The translations under genes and the position numbers were made by a program. Shown piece after piece: positions 39,568-48,981 of a DNA stretch of 64,000 bases. The first letter of the stretch is position 1. Each line of letters begins with the position of its first letter. The notes under the pieces are model-generated. The model was not told where the DNA came from, made no database searches, and saw only the letters and a list, made by a program, of their open reading frames with translations. The stretch spans positions 8,326 through 72,325 of the forward strand of contig CABZSS010000004.1 of the NCBI GenBank assembly GCA_902528375.1, in the 5' to 3' direction. Origin of the DNA: an uncultured Pelagibacteraceae bacterium (GTDB lineage: Bacteria; Pseudomonadota; Alphaproteobacteria; Pelagibacterales; Pelagibacteraceae).

Positions 39568-40535
39568 TGTTGGACTTTTGTATTATTGGATCAGGTATAT
39601 CAGGATCGACAATTGCAAATTGTTTAAACAAAAAATACAAACTTTTATTATATGATAAAGCAAAAGGTGCAGGTGGGAGAAGTTCTTTTAAAAGATATAA
39701 GGGAAATATAGGATTTGATCACGGTCTTCAATATTTATCACCAAGATCGAAAGAATTTAAATCATTTACAAACAGTCTAATAAAAAAAAGAGTTATTAAG
39801 CACTGGAAAGGTAATCATAAATTTTTAAATAAAAGGGTTAGAAGAGATAAAAAACATATTAAATTAATTGGTTTCAAAGGTAATAATGACATTAGCAAAT
39901 ATTTGTTGAAAGATATCGATTGTAAATTTCAATCAGAATTAATTGGAATTAAAAGACATAAAGATTGCTGGCATCTTAAATTTAAAGATAACAGTTTTAT
40001 ATTTTCAAAAAACTTGATTGTAACAGCACCTTTTCCTCAATCAAAAAAATTAACTTCTAGATTTGTTAAAACAAAACTTTTTAATAATAAAGTTACAATG
40101 AACGCAAGTATAACGGTTTTGTTGATGACAAATAAAACAGGCAATAAATTCAGTAGTTTTTTTACTAATGATGCAGATTTAGGATGGGTTTCATATGAAA
40201 ATTCAAAAAAAAGATTTAAATTTGATAAGGACTTATGGGTCCTCCAAAGTACTTTTGAGTATGGAAAAAAACACACCGATAACTATAGAAATAAAAAAAA
40301 ATACTTCACAAATTATCTAATTAATAAGTTTACAAAATTAACTAAAATTAAAATTAAAAAAATATACTTCACACATATCCATGGATGGAAATATTCCTCA
40401 AATTCAAAACCTTTGAACATCCAAAGCTATTGGGATAAAAAAATTGGTCTTGGACTTTGCGGTGATTGGTTTGGTGGCCCAAGGTTGGAAAATGGATGGT
40501 TGAGTGCTAAGGATCTTTTTAAGAAGATTAATTAA
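39567..40535 (+). CDS. Renalase-like FAD-dependent oxidoreductase
   Basis: IIGSGISG, DK..GAGGR, FDHGLQY, HGWKYS, CGDW..GPRLE.GWLS. Confidence 0.8.
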   Translation: MLDFCIIGSGISGSTIANCLNKKYKLLLYDKAKGAGGRSSFKRYKGNIGFDHGLQYLSPRSKEFKSFTNSLIKKRVIKHWKGNHKFLNKRVRRDKKHIKLIGFKGNNDISKYLLKDIDCKFQSELIGIKRHKDCWHLKFKDNSFIFSKNLIVTAPFPQSKKLTSRFVKTKLFNNKVTMNASITVLLMTNKTGNKFSSFFTNDADLGWVSYENSKKRFKFDKDLWVLQSTFEYGKKHTDNYRNKKKYFTNYLINKFTKLTKIKIKKIYFTHIHGWKYSSNSKPLNIQSYWDKKIGLGLCGDWFGGPRLENGWLSAKDLFKKIN

Positions 40536-40537
40536 AA

Positions 40538-41260
40538 TTATTCCCAATCAAATCTTGGAAATGATTTAAAAACTTTTAAAATTCCCTCTGACCATTCATT
40601 TGTCATTGTTGAGAATTCTTTATCATTTAGATTTAAACATTTCTGAGAAGCAATTTTAAATTGATCTTTTTTATACACTACAAAGTCAATTGGTGGACCT
40701 ACAGTTAAATCACTTTTTAAAGTTGAATCCATAGAAATTAGTGCACATCTTGAAGCATCACCTAACTTCACATCTGGCGTTATAACTCTATCTAAAATAG
40801 GTTTCCCATATTTAACTTCTCCAATCACTAAATAAGGTTTACTGTCTGCTGGCTTTATATAATTTCCTTGTGGGTATACCAAAAATAACTCCATGGGCTG
40901 ACCTTTAATTTGGCCACCAACAATAAAAGTTGAACCCAGCAATACTGTGTCTGTATTCATTCCTTTTGGAGAGGAATGTTTTAGGTTTAAAGACCCAACA
41001 TATTTTGCAATTTGATCAAAGTCTTCACATGAATTAAGATTTTTATTTCCAGAATTATCTTTAAGATCTTTTTCTATAGATTTATAAACTGCTTGTGACG
41101 TTCCAAGATTTCCTGAAGTTACTATTAATATAGTCCTATCACCAACATCATAAGTAAACATTTTTGAATAAATATTTACATTATCAAAACCAGCATTAGT
41201 TCGACTGTCTGATGCTACTATTATGCCCTCTTTTGTTTTAATTCCTATGCAATAAGTCAT
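40538..41260 (-). CDS. Proteasome-type protease (Anbu)
   Basis: N-terminal Thr nucleophile MTYCIG, SDSRTNAGFDN, SGNLGTSQ, YPQGNYI, IGEVKYGKPILDR, SMDSTLKSDLTVGPPID. Confidence 0.92.
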   Translation of the reverse strand: MTYCIGIKTKEGIIVASDSRTNAGFDNVNIYSKMFTYDVGDRTILIVTSGNLGTSQAVYKSIEKDLKDNSGNKNLNSCEDFDQIAKYVGSLNLKHSSPKGMNTDTVLLGSTFIVGGQIKGQPMELFLVYPQGNYIKPADSKPYLVIGEVKYGKPILDRVITPDVKLGDASRCALISMDSTLKSDLTVGPPIDFVVYKKDQFKIASQKCLNLNDKEFSTMTNEWSEGILKVFKSFPRFDWE

Positions 41261-41371
41261 CTATCTATATGTATTATTTAATTAAACGATGTATTTATAA
41301 TCGATTTATATCATATCTGATATATCTAAAATGCATTTGCATAATAGGTTTAACTATTAAAAGCTATTAAA

Positions 41372-42817
41372 ATGGTCAATAAATTGTGGAAAAATTATAA
41401 TGCTAAATATGCTTACGATGGATATTTTACGGAAGATAATAAGCTTCGTAAGCATGCAACAATAATTTCAAATATTCTTGAAAGATACGGAAAAGAAAAA
41501 CTTCAAGAAATCGAAAAAAATTGTCAAAGTACTATAAGTGCAAGAGGTATTAATTTTAGAGTATACGCAGCAAATAATAGAGCAGAAGAAAAAAAATGGC
41601 CTCTTGATATAATTCCAAGAATTATTCCAAGAACTCAATGGAATAAAGTTTCAAGGGGATTGCAGCAAAGAGTTAAAGCTCTAAATTTATTTATCGATGA
41701 TGTTTACAACCAGAAAAAAATATTTAAGGACAATGTTATCCCAAAAGAGATAATATTTAAATCACCTTATTATGTTAAAGAATGTGAGGGGTTTTCACCA
41801 AAATATAAAGCATGGTCAAATATTTCAGGAGTAGATTTAATTAGAAATAAATCTGGTGATTATTTAGTTCTAGAAGATAACTTAAGAGTTCCCTCAGGTG
41901 TGTCTTATATGCTTGAGAATAGAATGGTAATGAGAGATGTTTTTCCTGAACTATTTACAAGATACAAAGTTGCTTCCATTAATATTTATACAAATAAGTT
42001 ATTTAATTGTATGAAAGAGTGTATTCCAAAAAAAACAAAAGACCCTCACATGGTTGTTTTAACACCGGGGATTTATAATTCTGCATACTTTGAACATTCA
42101 TATTTAGCTGAACAAATGGGTATTGCATTAGTAGAAGGAAAAGATCTTTTTGTGGAGAATGATATAGTCTACATGAAGACTGTTAAAGGTCCTCTAAGAG
42201 TTGATTGTATATATAGACGTTTGGATGATACTTTTTTGGATCCAAAAGCATTCTATAAAGGGTCAGTTATAGGTGTTCCTGGTTTATTCAAAGCTTGGAG
42301 AAAAGGAAACGTTGGAATTTTAAATGCAATAGGAACTGGAGTTGCAGATGATAAGGTTGTTTATTCATACGTCAATAAAATGATAGTTTATTATTTAGGA
42401 GAACAACCAATTTTAAATCAAGTTGAAACTTATTTGTGTCATGACAAGACTCAAATGGATTATGTAATAGAAAACATTTCAAAATTAGTAGTTAAACCTG
42501 CAAACGCTTCAGGTGGATATGGAATTATGATAGGTCCAAAAGCCCCTCAAAAAGAAAGAGATGAAGTAATTGCAAAAATAAAAAAAAATCCAAGAGAATT
42601 TATAGCTCAGCCTTTAGAAATTTTATCCACTGCACCAACAATTACTAAAAACGATATTGAACCAAGGCATCTTGACCTAAGACCATTTGTACTTAGTGGG
42701 AAATCTACATATGTGACTACCGGTGGTTTGACAAGAGTAGCATTAAGAAAAGGCAGCACAATTGTAAATAGCTCACAAGGTGGCGGTTCCAAAGATACTT
42801 TAATTGTTGATATCTAA
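41372..42817 (+). CDS. Circularly permuted type 2 ATP-grasp protein
   Basis: PLDIIPRII, LEDNLRVPSGVSYMLENR, LTPGIYNSAYFEH, GTGVADDK, GGLTRVAL..GSTIVNSSQGGGSKDT. Confidence 0.93.
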   Translation: MVNKLWKNYNAKYAYDGYFTEDNKLRKHATIISNILERYGKEKLQEIEKNCQSTISARGINFRVYAANNRAEEKKWPLDIIPRIIPRTQWNKVSRGLQQRVKALNLFIDDVYNQKKIFKDNVIPKEIIFKSPYYVKECEGFSPKYKAWSNISGVDLIRNKSGDYLVLEDNLRVPSGVSYMLENRMVMRDVFPELFTRYKVASINIYTNKLFNCMKECIPKKTKDPHMVVLTPGIYNSAYFEHSYLAEQMGIALVEGKDLFVENDIVYMKTVKGPLRVDCIYRRLDDTFLDPKAFYKGSVIGVPGLFKAWRKGNVGILNAIGTGVADDKVVYSYVNKMIVYYLGEQPILNQVETYLCHDKTQMDYVIENISKLVVKPANASGGYGIMIGPKAPQKERDEVIAKIKKNPREFIAQPLEILSTAPTITKNDIEPRHLDLRPFVLSGKSTYVTTGGLTRVALRKGSTIVNSSQGGGSKDTLIVDI

Positions 42818-42852
42818 ATTTAAGCAAATAAATTCTTAATCATAAATATTAC

Positions 42853-43647
42853 ATGATTTCAAAAATAGTTATATTTACTGATTTAGATGGAACCTTATTA
42901 CACAATGAAACATTTAAGTTTGAAAATATAAGACAATACATAAAAAATTTACTGTCTAAAAACATATCAATAATCCCTAACTCAAGTAAAACAAAAACTG
43001 AGATTTATAATTTTTGTCACGAGCTAGATGAGGAACTCCCTTTTATTGTTGAAAATGGTGCAGCTATATACAAAATGAACTTAGTTAACTCAGATTTTCC
43101 GGAGAAAATAATACTTAGTAGAGATAAAGATGAAATATTAAATATATTCTTTAAAAAAATCCCTAAAGAATTAATTTCAAAATGTAAGTTTGTTTTAAAA
43201 CTTAAAAAAGATGAACAACTTAAAATTTTTGGTTTATCTGAGAAACAGTTAAGTTATGCGTCTGACAGACAATTTTCAGTGCCCCTTATATTTAAAGGTA
43301 ACAAGGCTGAAAAAAATAACTTATTTAGATTAGCTTATAATACGGGATTAACAATGCAAGAGGGTGGTCGTGTTATCAATCTTTCCGATAAAGTGAGCAA
43401 GTCATATGCAATGAAAAAAGTAAGTAGAATTTTTGAGAAAACTGAAAAACAAGAATTAAAAACAATAGGAGTCGGAGATAATTTCAATGACCTAGATATG
43501 CTTAAAAGTAGTGACGTAGCATGTTTGGTTTTTAATGAAAAATTTAAGTTAGATACTTTGAATATTAATAATTGTTTAGTTTCTAAAAAGCCTGCTCCAG
43601 AGGGGTGGGAAGAAGTTGTCAAAATGGCGCTGGAAAAAATTCAATAA
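42853..43647 (+). CDS. gpgP: Glucosyl/mannosyl-3-phosphoglycerate phosphatase (HAD IIB)
   Basis: FTDLDGTLL, SSKT, PFIVENG, R.FS.P, GGR, GDNFNDLDML. Confidence 0.8.
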   Translation: MISKIVIFTDLDGTLLHNETFKFENIRQYIKNLLSKNISIIPNSSKTKTEIYNFCHELDEELPFIVENGAAIYKMNLVNSDFPEKIILSRDKDEILNIFFKKIPKELISKCKFVLKLKKDEQLKIFGLSEKQLSYASDRQFSVPLIFKGNKAEKNNLFRLAYNTGLTMQEGGRVINLSDKVSKSYAMKKVSRIFEKTEKQELKTIGVGDNFNDLDMLKSSDVACLVFNEKFKLDTLNINNCLVSKKPAPEGWEEVVKMALEKIQ

Positions 43648-43664
43648 TGTTATTAAGATAAATT

Positions 43665-44885
43665 ATGGGTGATTTTTCTCAAAACGGTATAGTTTCTACT
43701 CTTCATGACTTCAAGACTAAATCTACTGATGAAATTGAAAAAGAGTTATTAGAATTTTCAAAAGAAAGAAAAATGGAATTAATATTACCATGTCTATATT
43801 CAGAGTTAGAGGGAGAAGCGCTTCCAAAGATCGTTAGTGAAATTAGTAAAACAAATTACCTTAATCATATTATTATTGGTCTTGATAAAGCAAATGAGAC
43901 TCAGGCAAAAGATGCATGGAAATTTTTTAAGAAACTTAAAACAGATTTTACTATTTTATGGAATGATGGACCAAAACTAAAAAAATTAGATGAAGAATTA
44001 AAAAATAAAAATCTAGCACCAAATCAACCGGGCAAAGGTAGAAATGTTTGGTATTGTCTTGGGATGTCAATTGCAAGAGACACAGCTAGATCGGTTGCTT
44101 TACACGATTGCGATATAAAAACTTACGACAGAAGAATGCTTGCAAAACTTTTTTATCCAGTAGTAAATCCAGTATTTAACTTTGAATTTTGTAAAGGATA
44201 CTATCCGAGAATAGCTAATGAAAAAATGAATGGTAGAGTAGCCAGATTACTTGTTGCGCCCTTGTTAATTGCTTTAGAGAAAACTATCGGTAACAGCGGT
44301 TATTTACAATTTATGAAATCTTTTAAATATCCTTTATCAGGTGAATTTTCATTTAGAAGAAACGTTCTTCCGGAACTACGAATTTCCTCTGACTGGGGAA
44401 TAGAGGTTGGTGTTTTATCTGAGATGCAAAGAAATTTTTCTCCAAATAATATTTGTCAGGTTGATTTAGCAGATACTTACGATCATAAACATCAAGACCT
44501 CTCTTTACATGATGAAACAAAAGGCCTGTCTAAAATGTCAATTGATATTATTAAAACGTTCATTAAAAAGTTAGCAACCCAAGGTAATTCATTTAGTAGG
44601 GAAACTTTCAGATCTCTAAAAGCAACTTATTATAGAAGCGCTTTAGATATGATTGATATATATAGAAGTGATGCAACAATGAATGGTTTAAAATTTGACT
44701 CACATACTGAAGAGGAAGCTGTTGAATTGTTTGCTATAAATATAATGAAGGCAGGAGACGATTTTTATGTAAATCCTATGGATACTCCTTTTATACCAAC
44801 ATGGAGTAGAGTGAAAAGTGCTATACCAGATTTTCTTAATAAATTAAAAGATGCTGTTAGTGAAGATAATAAAGACAACTCTTAA
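43665..44885 (+). CDS. gpgS: Glucosyl-3-phosphoglycerate synthase-like glycosyltransferase
   Basis: MGDFSQNG..TLH, LPCLYSELEG, GKGRNVW, HDCDI, KGYYPR, GRVARL, YPLSGEF, DWGIEVG, YDHKHQ. Confidence 0.8.
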   Translation: MGDFSQNGIVSTLHDFKTKSTDEIEKELLEFSKERKMELILPCLYSELEGEALPKIVSEISKTNYLNHIIIGLDKANETQAKDAWKFFKKLKTDFTILWNDGPKLKKLDEELKNKNLAPNQPGKGRNVWYCLGMSIARDTARSVALHDCDIKTYDRRMLAKLFYPVVNPVFNFEFCKGYYPRIANEKMNGRVARLLVAPLLIALEKTIGNSGYLQFMKSFKYPLSGEFSFRRNVLPELRISSDWGIEVGVLSEMQRNFSPNNICQVDLADTYDHKHQDLSLHDETKGLSKMSIDIIKTFIKKLATQGNSFSRETFRSLKATYYRSALDMIDIYRSDATMNGLKFDSHTEEEAVELFAINIMKAGDDFYVNPMDTPFIPTWSRVKSAIPDFLNKLKDAVSEDNKDNS

Positions 44886-46606
44886 TGTTATCTCAGCAAA
44901 GCAAAAAAGATATTATAAGAAAGTTAAGTACTATCTACAGTATAAATTATTCCAAAAAGAAACTCAATATTTACGCTGATGAAATCTTTAGCGTAATTAA
45001 CAAATATAATAAATTTGGAACAAAAGGAAAAAAAATAATAATATCAGAAAAAACTTCTGTTCTAATTTGTTATGGAGATAGTTTACTAAATGGCAATAAA
45101 GAAAAAACACTCAAATCATTTAGAAAATTTTATAAAAAAAAATTAGAAAATTTATTTGAAATCATTCACTTTCTGCCATTCTACCCATCAAGTAGTGATA
45201 GTGGATTTGCGGTGAAAGATCACTATAAAGTAGACAATAAATTAGGTGATTGGTCTGATATTAATAAACAATCAAAAAAGACTAATATTATGGCAGATGT
45301 TGTAATCAATCATGCATCTTCAAAAGGTTTATGGTTTAAAAATTTTTTGAGAAATAAAGCACCAGGCAAAGATTACTTTTTAATTGTGGATAAAAAATTT
45401 GATACTTCAAAAGTTATAAGACCAAGAGAAAACAAATTGCTAAAAAAAATAATTATCTTTAATAAAGATGATTTTTTATGGAGAACATTTAGCGATGATC
45501 AAATTGATCTTAATTTTAAAAATCCGAAAGTTTTACTTAGATTTATAAAAATAATAATAAATTTGACTAATCATGGAGTATCTATTTTAAGACTTGATGC
45601 AATTGCTTATTTGTGGAAAAAAAGTGGATCGAAATGTGTTAATTTAAAAGAAACTCATGAAATTATAAAATTGTTGAGGATAATTTCTAATGCTCTTAAA
45701 TCAAAACCAATCATCATCACTGAAACTAATTTACCAGAAAATGAAAATTTAAGTTATTTCGGAGTGAGAAATAACGAGTCTCATTGGATCTATAATTTTT
45801 CTTTACCACCATTATTAGTACACTCTTTTCTTTTTGAAGATAGTACACACTTAAATAAATGGTGCAAAAATCTTCCACAAACAAAGATTGGAAACAACTA
45901 TTTAAATTTTATTGCCTCACATGATGGGATAGGCATGAGACCGGTCGAAGGATATTTAAATAGAAAAAGTTTATCAAAATTTTTTAAACGTCTAAAAAAA
46001 AACGGTGGACAATTATCACACAGGAAAGTTCAAAATTCATCAAAGAAGGTATACGAGGCAAATATTACCCTATTTAACGCTTTTCAAAAAACTGATTATG
46101 ATAAAAAAGGAAAATACTTCTTAGAGAGATATATATCCGCACATGCTATTATGATTGCTTTTGAAGGAATACCAGCAATTTACTTTAACTCTATATTTGG
46201 AACCTCAAATGATGAATATAAGTATATTATTTCTGGTAATAAAAGAGATTTAAATAGATATAAATGGAATAAAAAACGACTTGAAAGTTTACTAAAAGAT
46301 AAAAATTCTAAACAAAGCATATTTTACCAAAAAATTACGAACCTAATTTTTATCAAAAAAAAAAATAAAGCTTTTCATCCCAATGCTAAAAGGGAAAATT
46401 TAAATATGGGAAAAAATATATTTTGTTTTAAAAGGACAAGCTTAGATAATAAACAGATTATATATAATATAACAAATTTATCATCGAAAAACCAAAAATT
46501 AAATATCAATAATAAATTAAAAAGATATAAAAATTTATTAGGCCAATCTAAAATGAAACACAGGACAGAACTTCAGCCATTTGAAACTATTTGGTTATCA
46601 AATTAA
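44885..46606 (+). CDS. GH13_18 sugar phosphorylase, probable glucosylglycerate phosphorylase
   Basis: YGDS, HFLPFYP.SSDSGF, RLDAIAYLWK (nucleophile), ITETN (acid/base), ASHDGIG, YEANIT. Confidence 0.8.
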   Translation: MLSQQSKKDIIRKLSTIYSINYSKKKLNIYADEIFSVINKYNKFGTKGKKIIISEKTSVLICYGDSLLNGNKEKTLKSFRKFYKKKLENLFEIIHFLPFYPSSSDSGFAVKDHYKVDNKLGDWSDINKQSKKTNIMADVVINHASSKGLWFKNFLRNKAPGKDYFLIVDKKFDTSKVIRPRENKLLKKIIIFNKDDFLWRTFSDDQIDLNFKNPKVLLRFIKIIINLTNHGVSILRLDAIAYLWKKSGSKCVNLKETHEIIKLLRIISNALKSKPIIITETNLPENENLSYFGVRNNESHWIYNFSLPPLLVHSFLFEDSTHLNKWCKNLPQTKIGNNYLNFIASHDGIGMRPVEGYLNRKSLSKFFKRLKKNGGQLSHRKVQNSSKKVYEANITLFNAFQKTDYDKKGKYFLERYISAHAIMIAFEGIPAIYFNSIFGTSNDEYKYIISGNKRDLNRYKWNKKRLESLLKDKNSKQSIFYQKITNLIFIKKKNKAFHPNAKRENLNMGKNIFCFKRTSLDNKQIIYNITNLSSKNQKLNINNKLKRYKNLLGQSKMKHRTELQPFETIWLSN

Positions 46607-46657
46607 ATAAGCACATTTAATTATTTAAAAATTTATAAAAAGGTAACCTTGTAGAAA

Positions 46658-46888
46658 CTAAACCTTAAGAAAAATATAAAAAATTAGTGAGTTGCTTGCA
46701 AGAAGCTCACCTTTTCCATAACCATTAAGTGTATTTTTAAAATTTTCTGCAAATAAAATTATAAATTTTTTATGAAATACAAAATCATTCTTTGCTCCAC
46801 AAATCGTATCTTCTAAAATAATATACGAAAAAATAATACTCAAAAAGAGTACGGCTCCTAAATTAATTATATTCTTTGATTTATCCAT
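46658..46888 (-). pseudogene. Probable N-terminal remnant of a larger membrane protein
   Basis: TM helix plus EDTICGAKNDFVFH..F..NF..TL loop, stopping at the next TM; resembles N-termini of longer SAR11 surface-modification membrane proteins (recall only). Confidence 0.35.
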
Positions 46889-46950
46889 TAATTTTATTGT
46901 AATTATTTTCTTTAAATCTTATCATCAGAAATTATATATCATATTTAAGC

Positions 46951-47676
46951 ATGAAAGATAAAATTTTAATTTTCATTATCACATATAAAGCATCTTTTAG
47001 AGTATTAGATGTAATCAGAAAAATTCCTTTTCAATATCTTAAAAACAGAAACTATAAAATATTAATTAGTGATGATGACTCTCGTGACAATACAATTGAT
47101 TTTATAAAAAAAATTAAGAAAAAATATTCATCAAAAATTATTCTTAATTTTAACAGATTTAATATGGGATACGGAAAAAATATTAAAAAATGTATAAATT
47201 ATGCGTATAAAAATAAATATACCTATGCTGTAATGATACACGGTGACGGTCAATATGATCCAAAATACTCATCTGTGATGATTGAAGATCTAATAAGAAA
47301 CAAAAATTTAAGCGCAACAGTCGGTTCTAGAATGACTAAAAAAATTAGCGCCCTCAAAGGCAAAATGCCTATGTATAAGTTCGTTGGCAATATTTTCTTA
47401 ACTTGGATATTTAATTCTCTTAATGGAACTAACTTTACAGATTGTCATACTGGTTATTGGGCGTACAATTTAAAGTTAATCAATAAAGACACATTCAAAA
47501 ATTTAGATAATAATTTTTGTTTTGATATTGATTTAAGACTTAAACTCGTATCAGAGAAAAAAAAAATTAAAGAAATTCCAATTAAAACCTTTTATGGAAC
47601 AGAAAGATCCTCTATTCATTTGGTTTATGCTGTAAGATTTTTTTTAAAAACGATACTATTCAAATTTATTAATTGA
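46951..47676 (+). CDS. Glycosyltransferase family 2 (DPM1-like)
   Basis: SDDDSRDNT, NMGYG, HGDGQYDP, GSRM, TDCHTGY. Confidence 0.88.
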   Translation: MKDKILIFIITYKASFRVLDVIRKIPFQYLKNRNYKILISDDDSRDNTIDFIKKIKKKYSSKIILNFNRFNMGYGKNIKKCINYAYKNKYTYAVMIHGDGQYDPKYSSVMIEDLIRNKNLSATVGSRMTKKISALKGKMPMYKFVGNIFLTWIFNSLNGTNFTDCHTGYWAYNLKLINKDTFKNLDNNFCFDIDLRLKLVSEKKKIKEIPIKTFYGTERSSIHLVYAVRFFLKTILFKFIN

Positions 47677-47679
47677 GTT

Positions 47680-47793
47680 ATGTCAAAAAGGTATAGTGGA
47701 AAATCATTTAAGGACTCAAGTGTTATGAAAAAACCTAAATTATCTCTCAAGGAGAAAAGAAAACTTAAAAAAGAAAAAAAGAAAAATAAATAA
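47680..47793 (+). CDS. Small Lys-rich protein (37 aa), not in ORF track
   Basis: MSKRYSGKSFKDSSVMKKPKLSLKEKRKLKKEKKKNK; starts 3 nt after the GT2 stop and ends at a hairpin. Confidence 0.55.
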   Translation: MSKRYSGKSFKDSSVMKKPKLSLKEKRKLKKEKKKNK

Positions 47794-47823
47794 CGAAAGG
47801 GGCGTTCTGTTGCCAGGTGCCCC
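47794..47823. terminator. GC-rich hairpin between convergent genes
   Basis: GGGGCG-TTCTGTTGCCAGG-TGCCCC; followed by TTTCGTT on the minus strand. Confidence 0.65.
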
Positions 47824-47838
47824 AAACCCCCTATGTAT

Positions 47839-48045
47839 TTATCCTTTAAACATTCCTAATGCTTTACCAAGTAACTCCTCTGATTTAGCATGGTCACCGC
47901 TGTCGTGAGCCTTCATACCAGCATCTCTTAATTTTTGAGCTTCAGCAATTTTCGCATCAACACCTTTTGCCATCATCGGGCAAGAGCCTGCAAATGCCGA
48001 ACTTGTGAATAGTAAAATAGATAAAATTAAAGTTAATTTTTTCAT
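47839..48045 (-). CDS. Small secreted helical protein (68 aa)
   Basis: Signal peptide ending AFA, then GSCPMM...MKAHDSGDHAKS; AAGGA SD upstream. Confidence 0.8.
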   Translation of the reverse strand: MKKLTLILSILLFTSSAFAGSCPMMAKGVDAKIAEAQKLRDAGMKAHDSGDHAKSEELLGKALGMFKG

Positions 48046-48154
48046 ACTTATCCTTTTGTTACTTCGTATATAAGCGCTTTAATTTTTAATTTAAGCATCA
48101 GAGTGTCACACCATTTTAACTTTTAAACTTCAGATAGAATTAATATATTGTACT

Positions 48155-48457
48155 ATGTTTATAGCAATGAATCGTTTTAAAATTGTCCTCGGTAAAGAAA
48201 AAGAATTTGAGGATGTTTGGAAAAATAGAGACACACATTTAAAAGATGTGCCTGGATTTAAAAAATTTAATTTAGTTAAAGGTGATACAAATGATGAACA
48301 TACTTTGTATGCATCGCATAGCATTTGGAATTCAAAAAATGATTTCATTAATTGGACTAAGTCTGAGGCATTCAGATTAGCTCATAAAAATTCAGGACAA
48401 CATAAAGGTCTGTATTTAGGTCACCCAAATTTTGAGGGATTTGAAGTAGTTATTTGA
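48155..48457 (+). CDS. ABM-domain monooxygenase, IsdG/HmuQ-like (heme-degrading family)
   Basis: MFIAMNRF (Asn), VPGF, W..K.DF..WTKSEAFRLAH (Trp, His). Confidence 0.8.
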   Translation: MFIAMNRFKIVLGKEKEFEDVWKNRDTHLKDVPGFKKFNLVKGDTNDEHTLYASHSIWNSKNDFINWTKSEAFRLAHKNSGQHKGLYLGHPNFEGFEVVI

Positions 48458-48846
48458 TGTTAGGTCAATCTGCTCTTTACTTAACTGCGGTAATTCTTGG
48501 AGCGATGATATTCTTCTCATTTGTTGTAGCCCCAACTACATTTAAGTTGCTCGATGAAGAAAATTCAAGAAAATTTATAAGAGGAATTTTCCCATTTTAT
48601 TACCTTCTTAATTTAACTCTCAGTTTTGTAGCTAGTATATTATTTTTTTTAAATCAAAATTTATCAATTGAATTTTTATTAATGGCAAGCGTTAGTGTAT
48701 TATTCGCCATTTCAAATTTTATACTAATGCCAATGATAAACAAATTCAGGGACAACGACGAAGATAAAAAATTTAAGATATCACACCTTATCTCCGTGAT
48801 CATAAACTTTATTCAGTTGATATTTTTAGTGATAATTTTATTATAG
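48454..48846 (+). CDS. DUF4149 membrane protein
   Basis: FFSFVVAPTTF..L......FIRGIFP.YY, LMPMINKFRD, FKISH..SV..N. Confidence 0.75.
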   Translation: MMLGQSALYLTAVILGAMIFFSFVVAPTTFKLLDEENSRKFIRGIFPFYYLLNLTLSFVASILFFLNQNLSIEFLLMASVSVLFAISNFILMPMINKFRDNDEDKKFKISHLISVIINFIQLIFLVIILL

Positions 48847-48981
48847 TTTTCCTAAACCAAACCAGGCAAAAGCAATAACTACTAACCAAATTAATCCTTT
48901 AATTAGAAAGAAAAAAAAACTTCCAGCAACTATATATCTTCCTACTTTACTTTCTTTAAGAAATTTTTTTATTACTAACAT
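48841..48981 (-). CDS. Small membrane protein (46 aa), not in ORF track
   Basis: MLVIKKFLKESKVGRYIVAGSFFFFLIKGLIWLVVIAFAWFGLGKL; TAATG overlap with the upstream gene. Confidence 0.7.
   Translation of the reverse strand: MLVIKKFLKESKVGRYIVAGSFFFFLIKGLIWLVVIAFAWFGLGKL

Noticed and set aside
47625-47825. 66-aa minus-strand ORF
   Set aside because: Antisense shadow of the Lys-rich ORF; it begins inside a terminator hairpin.
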